Shown piece by piece: positions 26,886 to 39,819 of a DNA stretch of 64,000 nucleotides. Source of the DNA: Octopus vulgaris (lineage: Eukaryota). The translations under genes were made by a program, and so were the position numbers. Each line of letters starts with the position of its first letter. The first letter of the stretch is position 1. The stretch spans positions 71,176,001 to 71,240,000 of the forward strand of contig OX597821.1 in NCBI GenBank assembly GCA_951406725.2, written 5' to 3'. The notes beneath the pieces are model-generated. The model was not told where the DNA came from. It worked only from the letters and a program-made list of their open reading frames with translations, and did no database searches.

Positions 26886-27121
26886 GGTATTTATAGACAA
26901 TAGGTTGGAAACCCTACAATAACTTTCGTTATGCTCGTTGTTATCAAATATCTAGGCAATATTTCACAAAAAATCAGGGAGTTAAAGAGCAAAAGCAAAT
27001 AGCTCACATTCACTCATTCACTCATTCACTCATTCACTCACTCATTCACTCATTCACTCACTCACTCATTCACTCACTCACTCATTCACTCACTCATTCA
27101 CTCACTCACTCACTCACTCAC

Positions 27122-27164
<43 letters not shown>

Positions 27165-27207
27165 TGCCTATACATATATACTTAAATATACTCAATGAGT
27201 CACTTAC

Positions 27208-27260
27208 TTGGCTGTCATGTTCCAGAAGGAGCAGCGCGGTTTCACATGGATTGGTAAAGG
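27208..27260 (-). CDS. aGPCR exon: GPS start (PLPIHVKPRCSFWNMTA)
   Basis: Acceptor ttctcctcag|CCT, donor AA|gtaagt (phase 2); CSFW motif. Confidence 0.92.
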
Positions 27261-27459
27261 CTGAGGAGAAAAAAGAAAGAAAACCATGAGAACATTAGAT
27301 TGGTCCCTGGACATTGAGACGGACGTGTGAGGGACAAAGAAACACACGATGGAAGCAGTCCATCTTGGTTCATCCAGGGTGCTTCTGTTCACTCTCTCTC
27401 TTTCTCTCTCCTACATGCACAAGACAAGGGAAGAGAAGCACTTATATATATATATGTCA

Positions 27460-27687
27460 AAGGCGGCGAGCTGGTAGAAACGTTAGCGCGCCGGGTGAAA
27501 TACTAAGCGGTATTTCGTCTGTCGTTACGTTCTGAGTTCAAATTCCGCCGAGGTCGACTTTGCCTTTCATCCTTTCGGGGTCGATAAATAAAGTACCAGT
27601 TACGCCCTGGGGTCGATGTAATCGACTTAATCCCTTTGTCTGTCCTTGTTTGTCTCCTCTGTGTTTAGCCCCTTGTGGGTAGTAAAG

Positions 27688-27690
<3 letters not shown>
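27460..27690 (+). mobile_element. tRNA-derived SINE, family A (full length)
   Basis: A-box-like ggcgagctggtagaaacgttagc, B-box gagttcaaattcc; other copies at 3040-3156(-), 14400-14560(-), 50296-50520(+), 57027-57180(+), 57430-57590(-). Confidence 0.85.
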
Positions 27691-27724
<34 letters not shown>

Positions 27725-28079
27725 TGTATGCATATATCTATGCACATACAGATGTGTGTGTGTGTGTGTGTGTGTGTGTATACATACTTCACAAAAACTG
27801 TGTGTATACTTGTAATAGGCACACAAGTACATGCGTGCATATCTGTATGCATAGGTATACATAGGTGCATCTGTACATGTGTGTGTCTGTGTGCGCACAT
27901 ATATCACACATATAAACATAATGCTTGTGTGCGAGAGAGAGAGTGAGAGAGAGAGAGAGAGAGAGGCTGGAGGAGGGAAAAGAAAGAAAGAGAGAAAAGG
28001 GAAGCAACAAAGGAGGAGATGTAGGTGAGGAGACAGAAGAGGAAAGAGAGAGAAAAACGAAGAGAGAAGTTGTGCGTAC

Positions 28080-28267
28080 CTTAGTGTGTTCCATAGAAAA
28101 CACCACGGGTTCTCGGAGCACCTCCCCATGGTAATTAGCAACAGACGCGCTAATGATCTTGCTGTAGATTTTAACTTCCTTTTGACCTTCCGCAGTATCA
28201 GTCTCTATCGTTGGCATAAGATCCGGCAAACTGTTGTAAGTCACAAACACAACTTTAGCCAAGCCAC
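28080..28267 (-). CDS. aGPCR exon: GAIN subdomain B (GLAKVVFVTYNSL...SKIISAS...EPVVFSMEHTK)
   Basis: Acceptor tttctgtcacag|GT, donor AAG|gtacgc; VVF..Y..L, S.IISAS, PV.F...H motifs. Confidence 0.94.
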
Positions 28268-28945
28268 CTGTGACAGAAACAAAAAGCAAACTCACTTTAT
28301 ATGTAGATTCTTGTATTTCTTTTACTTATTTCAGTCCATGCTGGAGCACCGCCTTTAGTCGAATAAATCATCGACCCTAGGAGTTATGGGTATGACTTTA
28401 AACTGCATGAAGTATCGGGACCCCGATTCGGTGTGCGCAACCTCCACTGAGCCACTTTTGTTCTTGCTCTGATCCGGAGTAGTAACACCTGCTAGGATCC
28501 CAGTTATGGGTTAATTAGCATCAGACCCAGGCCAGATGAAGATCTTCAGCTCTTTCGGCTGCTCATTTACAACTTCTGCCTCCTGATAACAACTGACCGC
28601 GTGACACTTGTTGCATCAGACCAATACAAGAGAATGGGACTGGCTCTGCACAAACCATTCTCACTCTAAAAACATTCACTGTGCAGGTTGTTCAAGACAG
28701 CAGCCTCAACACCAGCATTATCACACCTCCTTCATAAGTACGGTGGTGATAGGGAAAGAGGCGACGGGACAGATAGGGGATGCTATGGTAATATTTCAGC
28801 CTTGACTCTGTACACAGGCGGTCAGAGGGTGATGGTCATTTTTGGTCAACTCTGAAATGCGAAACCCTTATCCGTCGATGAGACAAGAGTCCATTATGCA
28901 TGTCTACACATAGTGTGTATAAGTGTATCTGTGTATATGTGTGTG

Positions 28946-29017
<72 letters not shown>

Positions 29018-29079
29018 TAGTTATGTCTTTGTTGTATATACAATGTGTGAGTATTATTTTTAAACGGAATTGGTCCTAC

Positions 29080-29193
29080 CTTTGCTAATGGATCGCAGAT
29101 TTTCAGAAGGAAGAGCGAAAGAATCTCCTTCAGAATGAAACGTTATTTCCGGTTCTTCTAATTTGTCGACATCTAATACTTGCAGCTGAGCCT
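29080..29193 (-). CDS. aGPCR exon: GAIN domain (EAQLQVLDVDKLEEPEITFHSEGDSFALPSENLRSISK)
   Basis: Acceptor ttttttcag|AG, donor G|gtagga; phase 1/1. Confidence 0.9.
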
Positions 29194-30213
29194 CTGAAAA
29201 AAGAAATAAGAATGAAAGATTGTGTGAAGGACATGTTAGATATTTAATAAGGCTCACAACAGACTTACAAGATATTAGTGGTCAGCTTCCATTTTATACG
29301 TTTCTCCTTCCAACATACATTTTCATCCCGTCATTCTCCCCTCCATGTAACAACTATTTACTTTTCGTACATTTGCAACATTTTGCTACTGAATCTGGTT
29401 GAAATGATTAAAATTCATAAAAGGTTTCTACCAACAAACAAGACCAAAATTCAAGAGAGAGGACGTGGCCAGTAAAAGTGACTCAAGTACATGGCTGGTA
29501 CATCTCTCCTCATTTACCACGGCGATTTGGTTAAAGAATAATACAGTGAGAAACCAATCAATGACAAACGAATCATATCTGCATGCTTGGTAAATAAAAC
29601 GAATGGTAGAGTCATTGACCCCAAACTCGCTTCCGCCGTCATATATTTTCTTGGTCATCTAAACCATTTCTTCTTTTGAGAATACAGGCGTTTGCATCAT
29701 TTGTTAGGATCAGGTGCCTTCGTATTTCTTTCTTTTCTCTTTATTGGTTCCATGTTGATGAGATCGAGAACGTAAATCTGTATAAAAATAATTCCCAGCT
29801 TCGTCATTTCGATACAAGTGATCGTCACTGCATTCTGAGTAGCTGGGCATTTTGGGTGTTTGCTGGGGCGTGTTTTGGGGGTACAAGCAGAATCTTGACT
29901 AAGTGCCAACCGTGTTATCACACACCAACCCGTGCTGAACGTAATACGGTTCACAAGTGAACGTACCGTGTTATTCGGGACCAGTGATGAATAAGATCAG
30001 CGATAAACGAAGTTTCATGTAAATATTTAGCTGACTTCAGAAGGATGCAAACCAAAGCCAATTTGTCTAACCTTCTACGAATATTGGAATCTCCACGGTC
30101 AACTTTATCGATAATATATCAAAGTAGATTTAAAAATCAATACAAAAATACATATAAATTGCTGGTCGGGCCACCGCGTTTCGTTTTGAAACCATATTGT
30201 ACTGCTAGGTATA

Positions 30214-30793
30214 TTCTTTTTTACTCTAGGCACAAGGCCCGAAATTTTGGGAGAGGGGCCAGTCGATTAGATCGACCCCAGTACCCAACAGGTACTTAAT
30301 TTATCGACCCCGGAAGGATAAAAGGCAAAGTCGACCTCGGCGGTATTTAATTCAGAACGTAAAGACAGAAGAAATATCTATTTCTTTACTACCCACAAGG
30401 GGCTAAACACAGAGAGGACAAACAAGGACAGACAAACGGATTAAGTTGATTTTATCGACCAAGTGCGTAACTGGTACTTAATTTATCGACCCCGAAAGGA
30501 TGAAAGGCAAAGTCGACCTCGGCGGAATTTGAACTCAGAACGTAACGGCAGACGAAATACCTATTTCTTTCCTACCCACATGGGGCTAAACACAGAGGGA
30601 CAAACAAGGACAGACAAATGGATTAAGTCGATTACATCGATCCCAGTGTGTAACTGGTACTTAATTCATCGACCCAGAAAGGATGAAAGGCAAAGTCGAC
30701 CTCGGCGGAATTTGAACTCAGAACATAAAGACAGACGAAATACCGCCAAGCATTTCGCCCGCCGTGCTAACATTTCTGCCAGTCCGCCGCCTT
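30214..30793 (-). mobile_element. Tandem array of about 3 family-A SINE units (period about 182 bp)
   Basis: ggtacttaatttatcgaccc...aaggcaaagtcgacctcggcgg recurs near 30292, 30474 and 30656; only the last unit has the tRNA head. Confidence 0.85.
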
Positions 30794-30948
30794 ATGCTAG
30801 TCAATATTGTGTCCTACTTTTTGTGCTAACAGTGCGTTGTTTACGTGGACCTATTCGTATCCAAAGCATCGTAACTTTCAATGCTGGCTCTAAAATTTGT
30901 AGGAAATTTCTTGAGATAAACTTAAAAATAAAAAACAAAATGCATTAC

Positions 30949-31132
30949 CGATGTTCTCTGTCTTTTTCACTATTAGTTGCGGTTCGTCGATGGCATTCAC
31001 TAGTTTCATAGTCGCAGAATCCACAGAACTCATCAGCTCTGAGGCCGATTCCACCACTTCGTGTTTGGTCATGTTGTTAAATGCTTTCGTCTGATCTTTG
31101 GACATTAAGTTATTGCCGATTTTTACAACATC
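30949..31132 (-). CDS. aGPCR exon: GAIN domain (DVVKIGNNLMSKDQTKAF...IVKKTENI)
   Basis: Acceptor ttcttcccag|GAT, donor G|gtaatg (phase 1); NNL...A..LM..V...T.NI GAIN pattern. Confidence 0.92.
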
Positions 31133-31202
31133 CTGGGAAGAAATGGAAGGAAAATGGTAACTTATAGAAGTATATTATGTATGTGTAATGTATGTGAATG
31201 TG

Positions 31203-31236
<34 letters not shown>

Positions 31237-31335
31237 ATGTGTGTTGAAATATGCCTACGTGTATGCGCGTCAGCCTACATACGCAGACACACAATCTCAC
31301 GCATGCGCAAAAATTCTCATCTAGCTACGCTGAGA

Positions 31336-31373
<38 letters not shown>

Positions 31374-31799
31374 GACAAAATAAGCGAGAGAGTAGTTTTT
31401 TGAAAACATTGGATGAAGAAATGAACATTAAATGGCAGCAATCTCTGCAGCCTAGAACTCATAGAGTTCAGGAGAATTACTTGTTCCCTTCTGAGGAACA
31501 TAAGCAAGCCTCCATGTGATCGTTCATTTTGCTAGAAATAGCAATGAAATATCTCTCAAATCACACTACATCTTTTGCAAAAATACTGCACATTTTGAAG
31601 AGCACGCATACGATACATTAGATTGAGAAGTCCTAGATAAACCGAAAAAAACCAAGCGGTCACGGTTGGAATAACTTTCAGATTTTTACAGGCATAGATA
31701 ATCTGTGATAATCTGTGGCAATCCGAAACTAAACAATGAGAAACCAAATAGTAATGACTGAGATTTATCGAGGAAGAATCTCCGATGTACGAAGAATGG

Positions 31800-32180
31800 T
31801 CAAGTTTTGTACGATGTGGGGTCCTTCTGAAGGATCTCTGGAATAACTTGACAACGTGCTTGGTTCGAGCATCACAAAATTTCTTCAGGATGAGCTGCTA
31901 CTACTCTTGGGAGATTTCTGTTCTGGTACTAAGGGCATGTAATTAGAATGTCGCAGGAAAGAATCGCAAAGCGGATTCTTCAAGTAGAGCCAACAGGCAA
32001 GAGACCAAAGGGTGGACCAAGAAGAAATTGGCTGGATAATAGCCGTAGTTTCTGTTGGCCACACTTAGGAACCCAGCCAGAAAATGTAATGACGGTTGAC
32101 TCCAACACGATTCTGTGGAAGAGGTGGGTGCCTGGGAACTCTGCCTCTACAACCTCTCTCAAGAATAGAGAGCAACGAAA
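31800..32180 (+). mobile_element. RTE-like LINE 3' fragment
   Basis: MSQERIAKRILQVEPTGKRPKGGPRRNWLD; homologous to 56520-56960. Confidence 0.75.
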
Positions 32181-32249
32181 TACGATAGATTTTCTTAGAA
32201 GATTTTAGTGATTCAACAAAACGTCACAAACTACGGGTATCTTACTCAC

Positions 32250-32441
32250 CGTAACTATGGATTCGACAGTTTCTTTCTTAGGTTTGGAAGAGAAATCTAA
32301 GGAGTTACTGAAGCTTTTAAAGAATTCTGATGCAACGACATAATCTTCAACTGACATTTTCGGTTGAGATGTAACATCCGCCAACTTTTGAGAAACCACA
32401 ACTTTGGCTTTATTTGTTCCTTTAGACAACTCTGAGGTGGC
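32250..32441 (-). CDS. aGPCR exon: GAIN subdomain A (ATSELSKG...KETVESIVT)
   Basis: Acceptor ttttttccag|GCC, donor ACG|gtgagt; 192 nt, phase 0/0. Confidence 0.9.
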
Positions 32442-32943
32442 CTGGAAAAAAAAAAGAAATGGGACATTAAAATTATTAGTTTTTGGCAGAATCATTAAAA
32501 GCTTCGGTCAAAATGCTTATCAATATTTAATTACTTTACATAGGTTCTGGGTTCAACAGCCAAAATCAACTTTCGTCTTTCAAGAGTCAATAAAGTACTC
32601 ATCAAGTTCTGAGATCGATATAATAGGCTGTTCCCTCCCACCATCATCACCATGTGTCTTTCAAAGAAGACAGGTTATGAGACGTTGGGGCACAGCCGTT
32701 TTGGTGTCGTTTATTTGGCATCACTGATTCGACGCTGACTTATTTGACATCAGACGTTTTAATGTTTCACTAGTTTAAATTTCTCTCTCGTTCGCACTTC
32801 TCTCTTACACTCTTTCTATCTGCATGAGTATATTCTCATCGAATGAACAATATTTCGATAACAGTCGCACTCTTGTTATTGTTTCTTTAATAATAATAAT
32901 AATAATAATGATGATAATGATAATAATAATAATGATGATGATG

Positions 32944-33020
<77 letters not shown>

Positions 33021-33021
<1 letters not shown>

Positions 33022-33235
33022 TGCTAAAAAATCTACCAACATGGCTGGAAAAAGTGCTAGTGTGAAGGTAGAACACCTACAAAAATCAGTATTGCTTGGA
33101 ACTGCAAGAATTCTTCGCAGAAGCATGACCAGTAAACAAATGTCACCTTAGTCTGCTGGCTGTGGACAGTTTGACACTTTCCATCATACCTAGCGAAATA
33201 AGCTGTGAGTTTTCATGCCACAACAACAACAACAT
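33021..33235 (+). mobile_element. Dong/R4-clade non-LTR retrotransposon 3' end inserted at a (TAA)n tract
   Basis: LQKSVLLGTARILRRSM* is typical of the RLE-type C-terminus; it lies directly after (ATA)n 32888-33020. Confidence 0.75.
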
Positions 33236-33391
33236 AGTGTTCTCAATTAAGGTGCAAGGCCAGAAATGTTTGAGGGATTGTTTAGTCGATTGCATTGGCC
33301 TGTGGTACTTGTTTGGTACTTTATGAAACCGATCCCGTCAGGAACTTGTTCACCGCAGTGGTGTATAATAAATGAGAAAAAAATGACTTAC

Positions 33392-33492
33392 CTTGCTCAA
33401 GAAATCCCTTATTTGTCGAGAAGTACAATTTTGAATATTGTGATTTTCTTCCCAGCAGACGGGATAATTGTTGCACTTCCTGAAGGCCATGT
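33392..33492 (-). CDS. aGPCR exon: HormR second half (MAFRKCNNYPVCWEENHNIQNCTSRQIRDFLSK)
   Basis: Acceptor atcttag|AC, donor AAG|gtaagt; A.R.C....W......NCTS motif. Confidence 0.92.
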
Positions 33493-33788
33493 CTAAGATA
33501 GAGTGAGAGAGAGAGAGAGAGAGGAGAAATGATAATGGTTGTTGGTAGAGAGAGAGGGGGGAGAGAAAGGGTGAGAGAAAGAGAGAGAGAAAGAGAGAGT
33601 GGGGGACAGAGAAAAAGAGAGAAATGAAGGGAAGGAGAGAAATAGAAAATAGAAGGATTTTATGGAATGTGAGATGAAAATAAGAAGAGAGGAAAGTATG
33701 AGAATGAAGAGGAAAAGGAGAAGAAGTTGAACATAAAGAGTGTAAAAAGATAAATAGTTTCATAAAAGTGAGAGAGAGAGAGACTTAC

Positions 33789-34085
33789 TGCTTCCTGATG
33801 GACAAGGCATCATGGCATGTTGACCAGCAGCTGTACGTGGCCATTTTACATTTAAGAGAGTTTGTTCAGGGCAGAATCCGTCTTCACTAACCTCCACAAC
33901 TTTACCACTTGCGTAAGAGCAAACTTGTCCGCCCATCGAGTCAATGGTTGTTTCAAATGTAGAATAATCGCCATTAATAAACGGGGTTTTACGAGAGGTT
34001 GGGAAACTGAAGTCTTGGTGGTGGTGTGTCGAGGATTTTGATGTGTGGCTATGGGTCGTACGGTTGTCGGATGACTGGGGGACAA
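33789..34085 (-). CDS. aGPCR exon: Ser/Thr/His-rich linker plus first half of hormone-receptor (HormR) domain (FCPEQTLLNVKWPRTAAGQHAMMPCPSGS)
   Basis: Acceptor ttttttgtcccccag|TT (phase 1), donor A|gtaagt; C......WP.T..G..A..PCP HormR motif. Confidence 0.92.
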
Positions 34086-35179
34086 CTGGGGGACAAAAAA
34101 AAGAAATAACAAACAAAAAAATAAATAACTAAAATAAGAAGGTTTCTAACATAGACACAGGGCTAGAAAATATAAGGATTGGTCGGTGAAATCGATTAAA
34201 TCAAACATAATCTTCAGCGGGTATTTTATGTCAGACATGACCGCTTTTACATTCATCATTAACAGGAAATATTACTTATTTATTTAGACATGAAGAATGG
34301 TGCTATACGTACAATTATACATACATACATACATACATACATACATACATACATACATACAAACACATATACAAACATACATGCATATATACATACATAC
34401 ATACATACATACATACAGACATGAAGAATGGTGCTATACGTACAATTATACATACATACATACATACATACATACATACATACATACATACATTATACAT
34501 ACATAATACATACATACATACATTATACATACATAATACATACATAATACATATATACATAATACATATATACATACATAATACATAGATACATACATGA
34601 TACATGCATACATACATACATACATATATACACATACATACATACGTATGTATGTATGTATGTATGTATGTATGTATGTATGTATGTATGTATGACAAAG
34701 ATGCAGGTAGAGCCTGTAAAGTGTGGCAACCGATGCAGACTCTGTGGAGTCCACACTGCAGATATCACCCATATCATAAGCATTTAAGTATACACGAGCA
34801 TGCCTAGATATGTGACTATATGCATGAGAATACACACACAAAACAAAACATACAAATCTGCACATCTACACGGATACAAGCAAAACTATCCTGTTTTTGA
34901 TGTTGAAATTGCAATGAAGGAGCCTTGGATCCAGGTTAGAAACCAGCTCTTTCTCTATTGGCAAGAAATATTGAAATAAAACTGAACAATGACATACATA
35001 CACAAATACACACATACGAGCCTGTGTGTCTGTCCGACAAAGGCCGAGTGAGCCGAAACTTCGAAGTCCCTATCAATACTATTCTGGTTAAAGAAGGATA
35101 AATTTGTACTCAAGCAAAAGTATGGGGTAATCCTTCAGCTAAATGTGAAATTGTTTCTATTACAATAAGACTTAAAACG

Positions 35180-35215
<36 letters not shown>

Positions 35216-35282
35216 ACACACACACACACACACATATATATGAATGTATTTTTATATAGCTTTCTCCTTCACACACACTTAC

Positions 35283-35410
35283 TCTTCATTTTTTCACAGA
35301 TGAATGGTTTCGCGCTCAGACAACTCTCGTCGTTAAGTTTTCCTTCAAAGTTAAGCTCGGCACAGTCTTCTTCGGCTAGTCCATTGTTAGGTTCGCCCGG
35401 AGCCCAAAGT
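35283..35410 (-). CDS. aGPCR exon: C-type lectin domain part 3 (LWAPGEPNNGLAEEDCAELNFEGKLNDESCLSAKPFICEKMK)
   Basis: Acceptor ctacag|A, donor A|gtaagt (phase 1); W..GEPNN, E.C, LND..C, FICE motifs. Confidence 0.95.
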
Positions 35411-35699
35411 CTGTAGTAAGAAACAACACAAAGAATACAAAATAAGAATTACAAGGAAAGAAGGAAAAAAATTAACAAAGAATATAACAAAACAATGTGA
35501 TACGGTGAAGAGAGGCAATTTTCTTGAAGGATTCCAAAGTACATCTGTCGATGTCCAAGAATGGTCTGTTCTTGGATGCAGGGGCAGTGTTGTATCGTGT
35601 GGGTCATTAGATATTTAGGATCTTACAATATACAGCCTTATCCAAACAATCCGATTTAGTTCGGTAAAATCAAGCTCTTGTCCAACTGACGAAATTCTA

Positions 35700-36240
35700 T
35701 TAACCCGACTGGTCACCTTTTGTTCCGGCTAGGGCCATCTTGGTAGTTTCTATGCAGCCTCTGGGTAGCTTTTGATGGATATTGTTATGTTTATTCCTGC
35801 TCGGGTTTCCATAGTTTACAAACTGCGAACCCCACTTGCCAAACTCTAATTCCAAACACCTCAGTTCCCCCCTCACATTCTTGCGGAATTCCCCCACCAC
35901 CACCAACTCCTGATATTTAGGACTCTTTTTATACTTCTAACCGACATGTTATTCGTATAAAATCATCCATGAGTTGCTTGTAATACCGAGCTGTATTATA
36001 AATATTCTTATGGAAACTGACGCCTCTTCTTGGAAATCCTGTCTTCACCAAGAAGAACAATAATTCCATTAACGGGCATTTAGCTACAGAAAGAAAGAGA
36101 GCTGGCCATATGTCATGCCTGCGTCGAGTGCTCTCTACCAAAATGCTCTCTACCAAAAGTGCTCTCCTTTTACAAGATTTCTCTACCAAAATGTGGAAGT
36201 CTGGGAATGTTGCGTATTCCTCATGTTTCGTGTATTTTAA
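35700..36240 (-). mobile_element. Probable decayed Penelope-like element 3' fragment
   Basis: SFHKNIYNTARYYKQLMDDFIRITCRLE resembles the GIY-YIG C-terminal segment of PLEs; weak match. Confidence 0.35.
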
Positions 36241-37377
36241 GATGGCAATTCTAGTTGTCGTTTCGTTCCAGATCAAACTTGATCGGATAGATCTTTGATA
36301 CAAGGCATTCCAGCCGTAACAGCTAAGTCACTTTTGCAGACATAGTATATCCAGATCTGCGCCATTCAACGCTCCCTTTCTCCTTTCCGAGATAGTAGGA
36401 TTTGATCTGAAGGACACTTAGTTACTCTTTCCAGCAGATCAAGTAATTGCATAGCGTTTCCCTTTGTTGACGGAGAACAGCAGAGACAGGGAAGATGTGT
36501 TAGATCACAGGACGCCAGCTATCTCAACTTGACAGTCAGCTGTTTTACTCGGCTGGCACTGCCTTACAGCAATGAACTGGTTTTATCTATTTAGAGCTGT
36601 ATGAATTCAGCCGCTGAGAGATAAATGCCTTGGTTACAGATAAAACCTAACAGCAGTAATAATAATAGTAGTATTAATAGGATCCAAAGTTTGATATCTC
36701 AGTAGCTTGTCTGCCCGAATAATAATTTCGCAATTTGCCCATCAACGCCCTTTATTTAATCGGAAGTAACTGACGAAATCGTTTTCTTACTGATTCTAAT
36801 AACAATGTTTTCTTCACAGCATTAAAGACTAGTCCTCATAACACAATTACTGATGTAGTAACCAAAAGGTAACATTGTTGTATATAGTGCTGACTTCTAG
36901 CTTGCGTAGGCTTTGCAACCAAATGGATTAGCGTTCAATTCCTACACAGAACAACAGGTATATTCTCCTATTTCAATTTCGACATTATCATCCGAAAATG
37001 AGAACGGTACATATCAATAAGATGATAACATAGAGGAAGGTAATAAAAGAATAAGAAGATGAAATGAGAGAAGAAACCAAAGCATCAGTCCTTAGGGGCA
37101 ATCCTGCGTAGATCCATGAGTGTAAGTCATTAGGTGCAATCCTGCGTTCCTAGCGCACCCAATCGTTTAGATCACCTGTGAACTAAATCCCCATATTTTT
37201 TGTGTGTGTATATATATATAAATACATACATACACCTATATATATATATGTATATATACCTATATATATATATATATATATAAGCATACTATACTTAGGA
37301 AAAAGCAACATCACAGAATAAGTTATTTTGTAAAAAAGAAAGAAAGAAAAAAAGCGGAAACGATCAGCTCTACTTAC

Positions 37378-37514
37378 GACATTGTTGAATCGTCATAGGA
37401 TGTTCTGTCAGTCCAGATCCAAGTTTCTTTATCAATATCAAAACTGAGACCAACCCACCAAGTACCTTGTTCGATGCTGGTGATGATTTCCATCAATTTC
37501 TTTATCAGAACCTC
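37378..37514 (-). CDS. aGPCR exon: C-type lectin domain part 2 (EVLIKKLMEIITSIEQGTWWVGLSFDIDKETWIWTDRTSYDDSTMS)
   Basis: Acceptor cttttctag|GAG, donor TC|gtaagt (phase 2); WVGL and W.W.D CTLD motifs. Not in the ORF track. Confidence 0.93.
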
Positions 37515-37854
37515 CTAGAAAAGGTGAAAGGTGGAAACTAGTATAACAAAACAATAAATTTATTATGAAAAAAGAAAATTAGGCTGTGCTGGGGGACCTT
37601 TGGCTTTCACAAAGTCTGCAGTGTAAAATGTAGAAGCAAATAATTAGTTATATCGAAATATTTAATTTCATAGCGTTCTCAATACAGAGATGAAGCAGAA
37701 CAAATGTGGTGGGTGTTAAAATCGAATTCTCTTATAGACAGAACTTTCAAATCCGGAGTCTCAGAGAAGTTTCTTCTCCATAAAAAAATTTCTTGTTAAT
37801 GGGGGTTTTTAATTCAAGTTAAACGAGTTAAAAACCGTTAAACCCAACACATTT

Positions 37855-38025
37855 TCTCTCTCCCCTTTTTTCTCTTTCTCTCTATTTTTTCCTCTCATCT
37901 CTTTCTGATGAAGAGCGTAGACTGGAAACATCAAAGACTTTTCTATTCTTCTCGAGCGTCAAATTAATACACCTGCTTGTTGTTCCCGCGCCTGTCTTTG
38001 ACCTTTGTTTTCTCTACATTTGAAC
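37855..38025 (+). mobile_element. Short repeat family with hammerhead-like motif (37900-37937)
   Basis: TCTTT-CTGATGA-A-GAGC GTAG ACTG-GAAAC-ATC-AAAGA; canonical core and 5-bp stem I, stem II decayed. Confidence 0.65.
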
Positions 38026-38062
<37 letters not shown>

Positions 38063-38801
38063 GATTTTTAATCCTTTTAATGGTTTCAGTCGTAGGAATA
38101 CGGCCATAATATTGGAGCACCACTTTAATATATTTTCTTCCAATTTTGTTGTCGCGGCTGGCTCGGTACCATCGTTAGGAGTTTATCCAATGTTTTCTTT
38201 ATTTTTTTTTAAATGTTTCAATAGAGGTTCTGTTTATATTTCTGATTTCTTTGGGTTGGCAGTTGAACAATTGGAAACCTCTAAATATCAGACGGATGCA
38301 ATAAGGCTTTTGTTCGTAATTTCGAATGTGGTGTGTTTGGAAGCTGATGAGTTAAAGAACTAAATTTCCCACATATTCTATAAAGTACTCTGAAAGCTTC
38401 GATTGACATTAAGATGGCTGAAACGTTACAATAAAATACAAAACGTTTAATGCACCAAATCAACAAATAACGAAGGCAGCTTCTCTTCGGGGTGGTCGCG
38501 GGAGGCTGAACGGCTTTTACCTTTCCTTCATGAGTGCTATTTTAAATCCTACATCGGTCATCGAAAATAATTAATTAGATAATTTTTAGGTAATTAAAAA
38601 CGGAATGGAGCGCATGATTATTATTCAAAGACGTTTTGTATTTGGTACAATTGATATGTGCAAATAAAAACTTATCCTTTTCAAAAACAATCCCAAGAAT
38701 ATGAAAGAATGCTAGAATTAAAATGATTTGGCTGATGCTGGGTTAAATTGATAATTTAGAGAAATGGTTTTACTGAAATGTCTGTAGAAAGAAACGTTAT
38801 G

Positions 38802-38862
<61 letters not shown>

Positions 38863-39685
38863 AGAGAGAGAGAGAGAGCGAGAAAGAGAAAGAGAGAGGA
38901 ATAGGAGAGACAAAAGACAAAGAGGAAACGCTATCTCACAGTATTAAAAAAAAACGCAGGGAATTAAAAATACTCTCCTGTAGTTGAAATCTATAAAATA
39001 AAAAAAAACTTTAAAACAACGCCTTGATAAAAAAATATACTAAAATTAGAAATTTCTTGGGCGTGTAAACTTAAATAATTGTTTTCTTTTATCGACTAAT
39101 CAATAAGCATCTTTCCTTATTATAGTACAGCTTGCCTGTACAAAAGTGATAAAAGCCATCGCTTACGGAGTTAACATCTATAATAACAAAAAAACAAAAA
39201 AACCGAAATTTTATATCTTAAACTCCTCAACCAATTCCGAAAATGCAGAAACAGCGCACAAATGTAAGCACAAGGATCCCATTATGGTTAATATAGATAG
39301 GCATCAAACTCAGAAAATGTGGGTTCAAATACTGATAGTTGTTAATCAATTGCTTAACTATTTAGCCAATTAACTAATCTTTTTTTAAAATTAATTATTC
39401 GGTTAATAAATCAGTAAGTTATGTTTTTTAAAATCCTTTCGTTGCTACTGGCAACCTCTTCAACGACACGCCTTCTCTATTCCAGGTCATGTTCAAATCC
39501 GAAGTGAAATAGAACCAGTACACGTGTTTATTATTGGTGTGATGATCGTCCCGAAATATAACAAAATATTCATATATATTTCCCTTTGTATTTGCATACA
39601 AATTATAGTGTAGACATCCAATAACTTTAAATCATAATTACACCCATTCTGGGAAAAGAAGCAAGAGAAAAGAACTCAGTGACGA

Positions 39686-39726
39686 CTTCAGACACATTTT
39701 GGCCTTATTAGGCTTCGTCAGTGGAA
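39686..39726 (-). ncRNA. Degenerate hammerhead motif
   Basis: Minus strand ttcca-CTGACGA-aGCCT aata AGGCc-AAAA-tgt-GTC-tgaag; G12 mutated, so probably inactive. Confidence 0.55.
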
Positions 39727-39819
39727 CATCATCTAAGAATAACTAACTTGAAGAACTGATGTGCAATTCTGGATAAGCCTTCGAAAAGAAGTTGAAATAT
39801 GAAAGCAAATTATACTTAC

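Noticed and set aside
29490-30200. Possible pogo/Tigger transposase remnant (IIDKVDRGDS on the minus strand)
   Set aside because: Similarity too weak and no clear TIR pair.
34286-34460. Direct repeats with variable spacers (also 42470-42550 / 43043-43125) as a CRISPR-like array
   Set aside because: Only two units, spacers are microsatellite or repeat DNA, eukaryotic context and no cas genes; simple local duplications.
38344-38428. CTGATGA...GAAACGTT hammerhead-like motif
   Set aside because: Stems I and II cannot be formed convincingly; probably a decayed PLE end, so not called.
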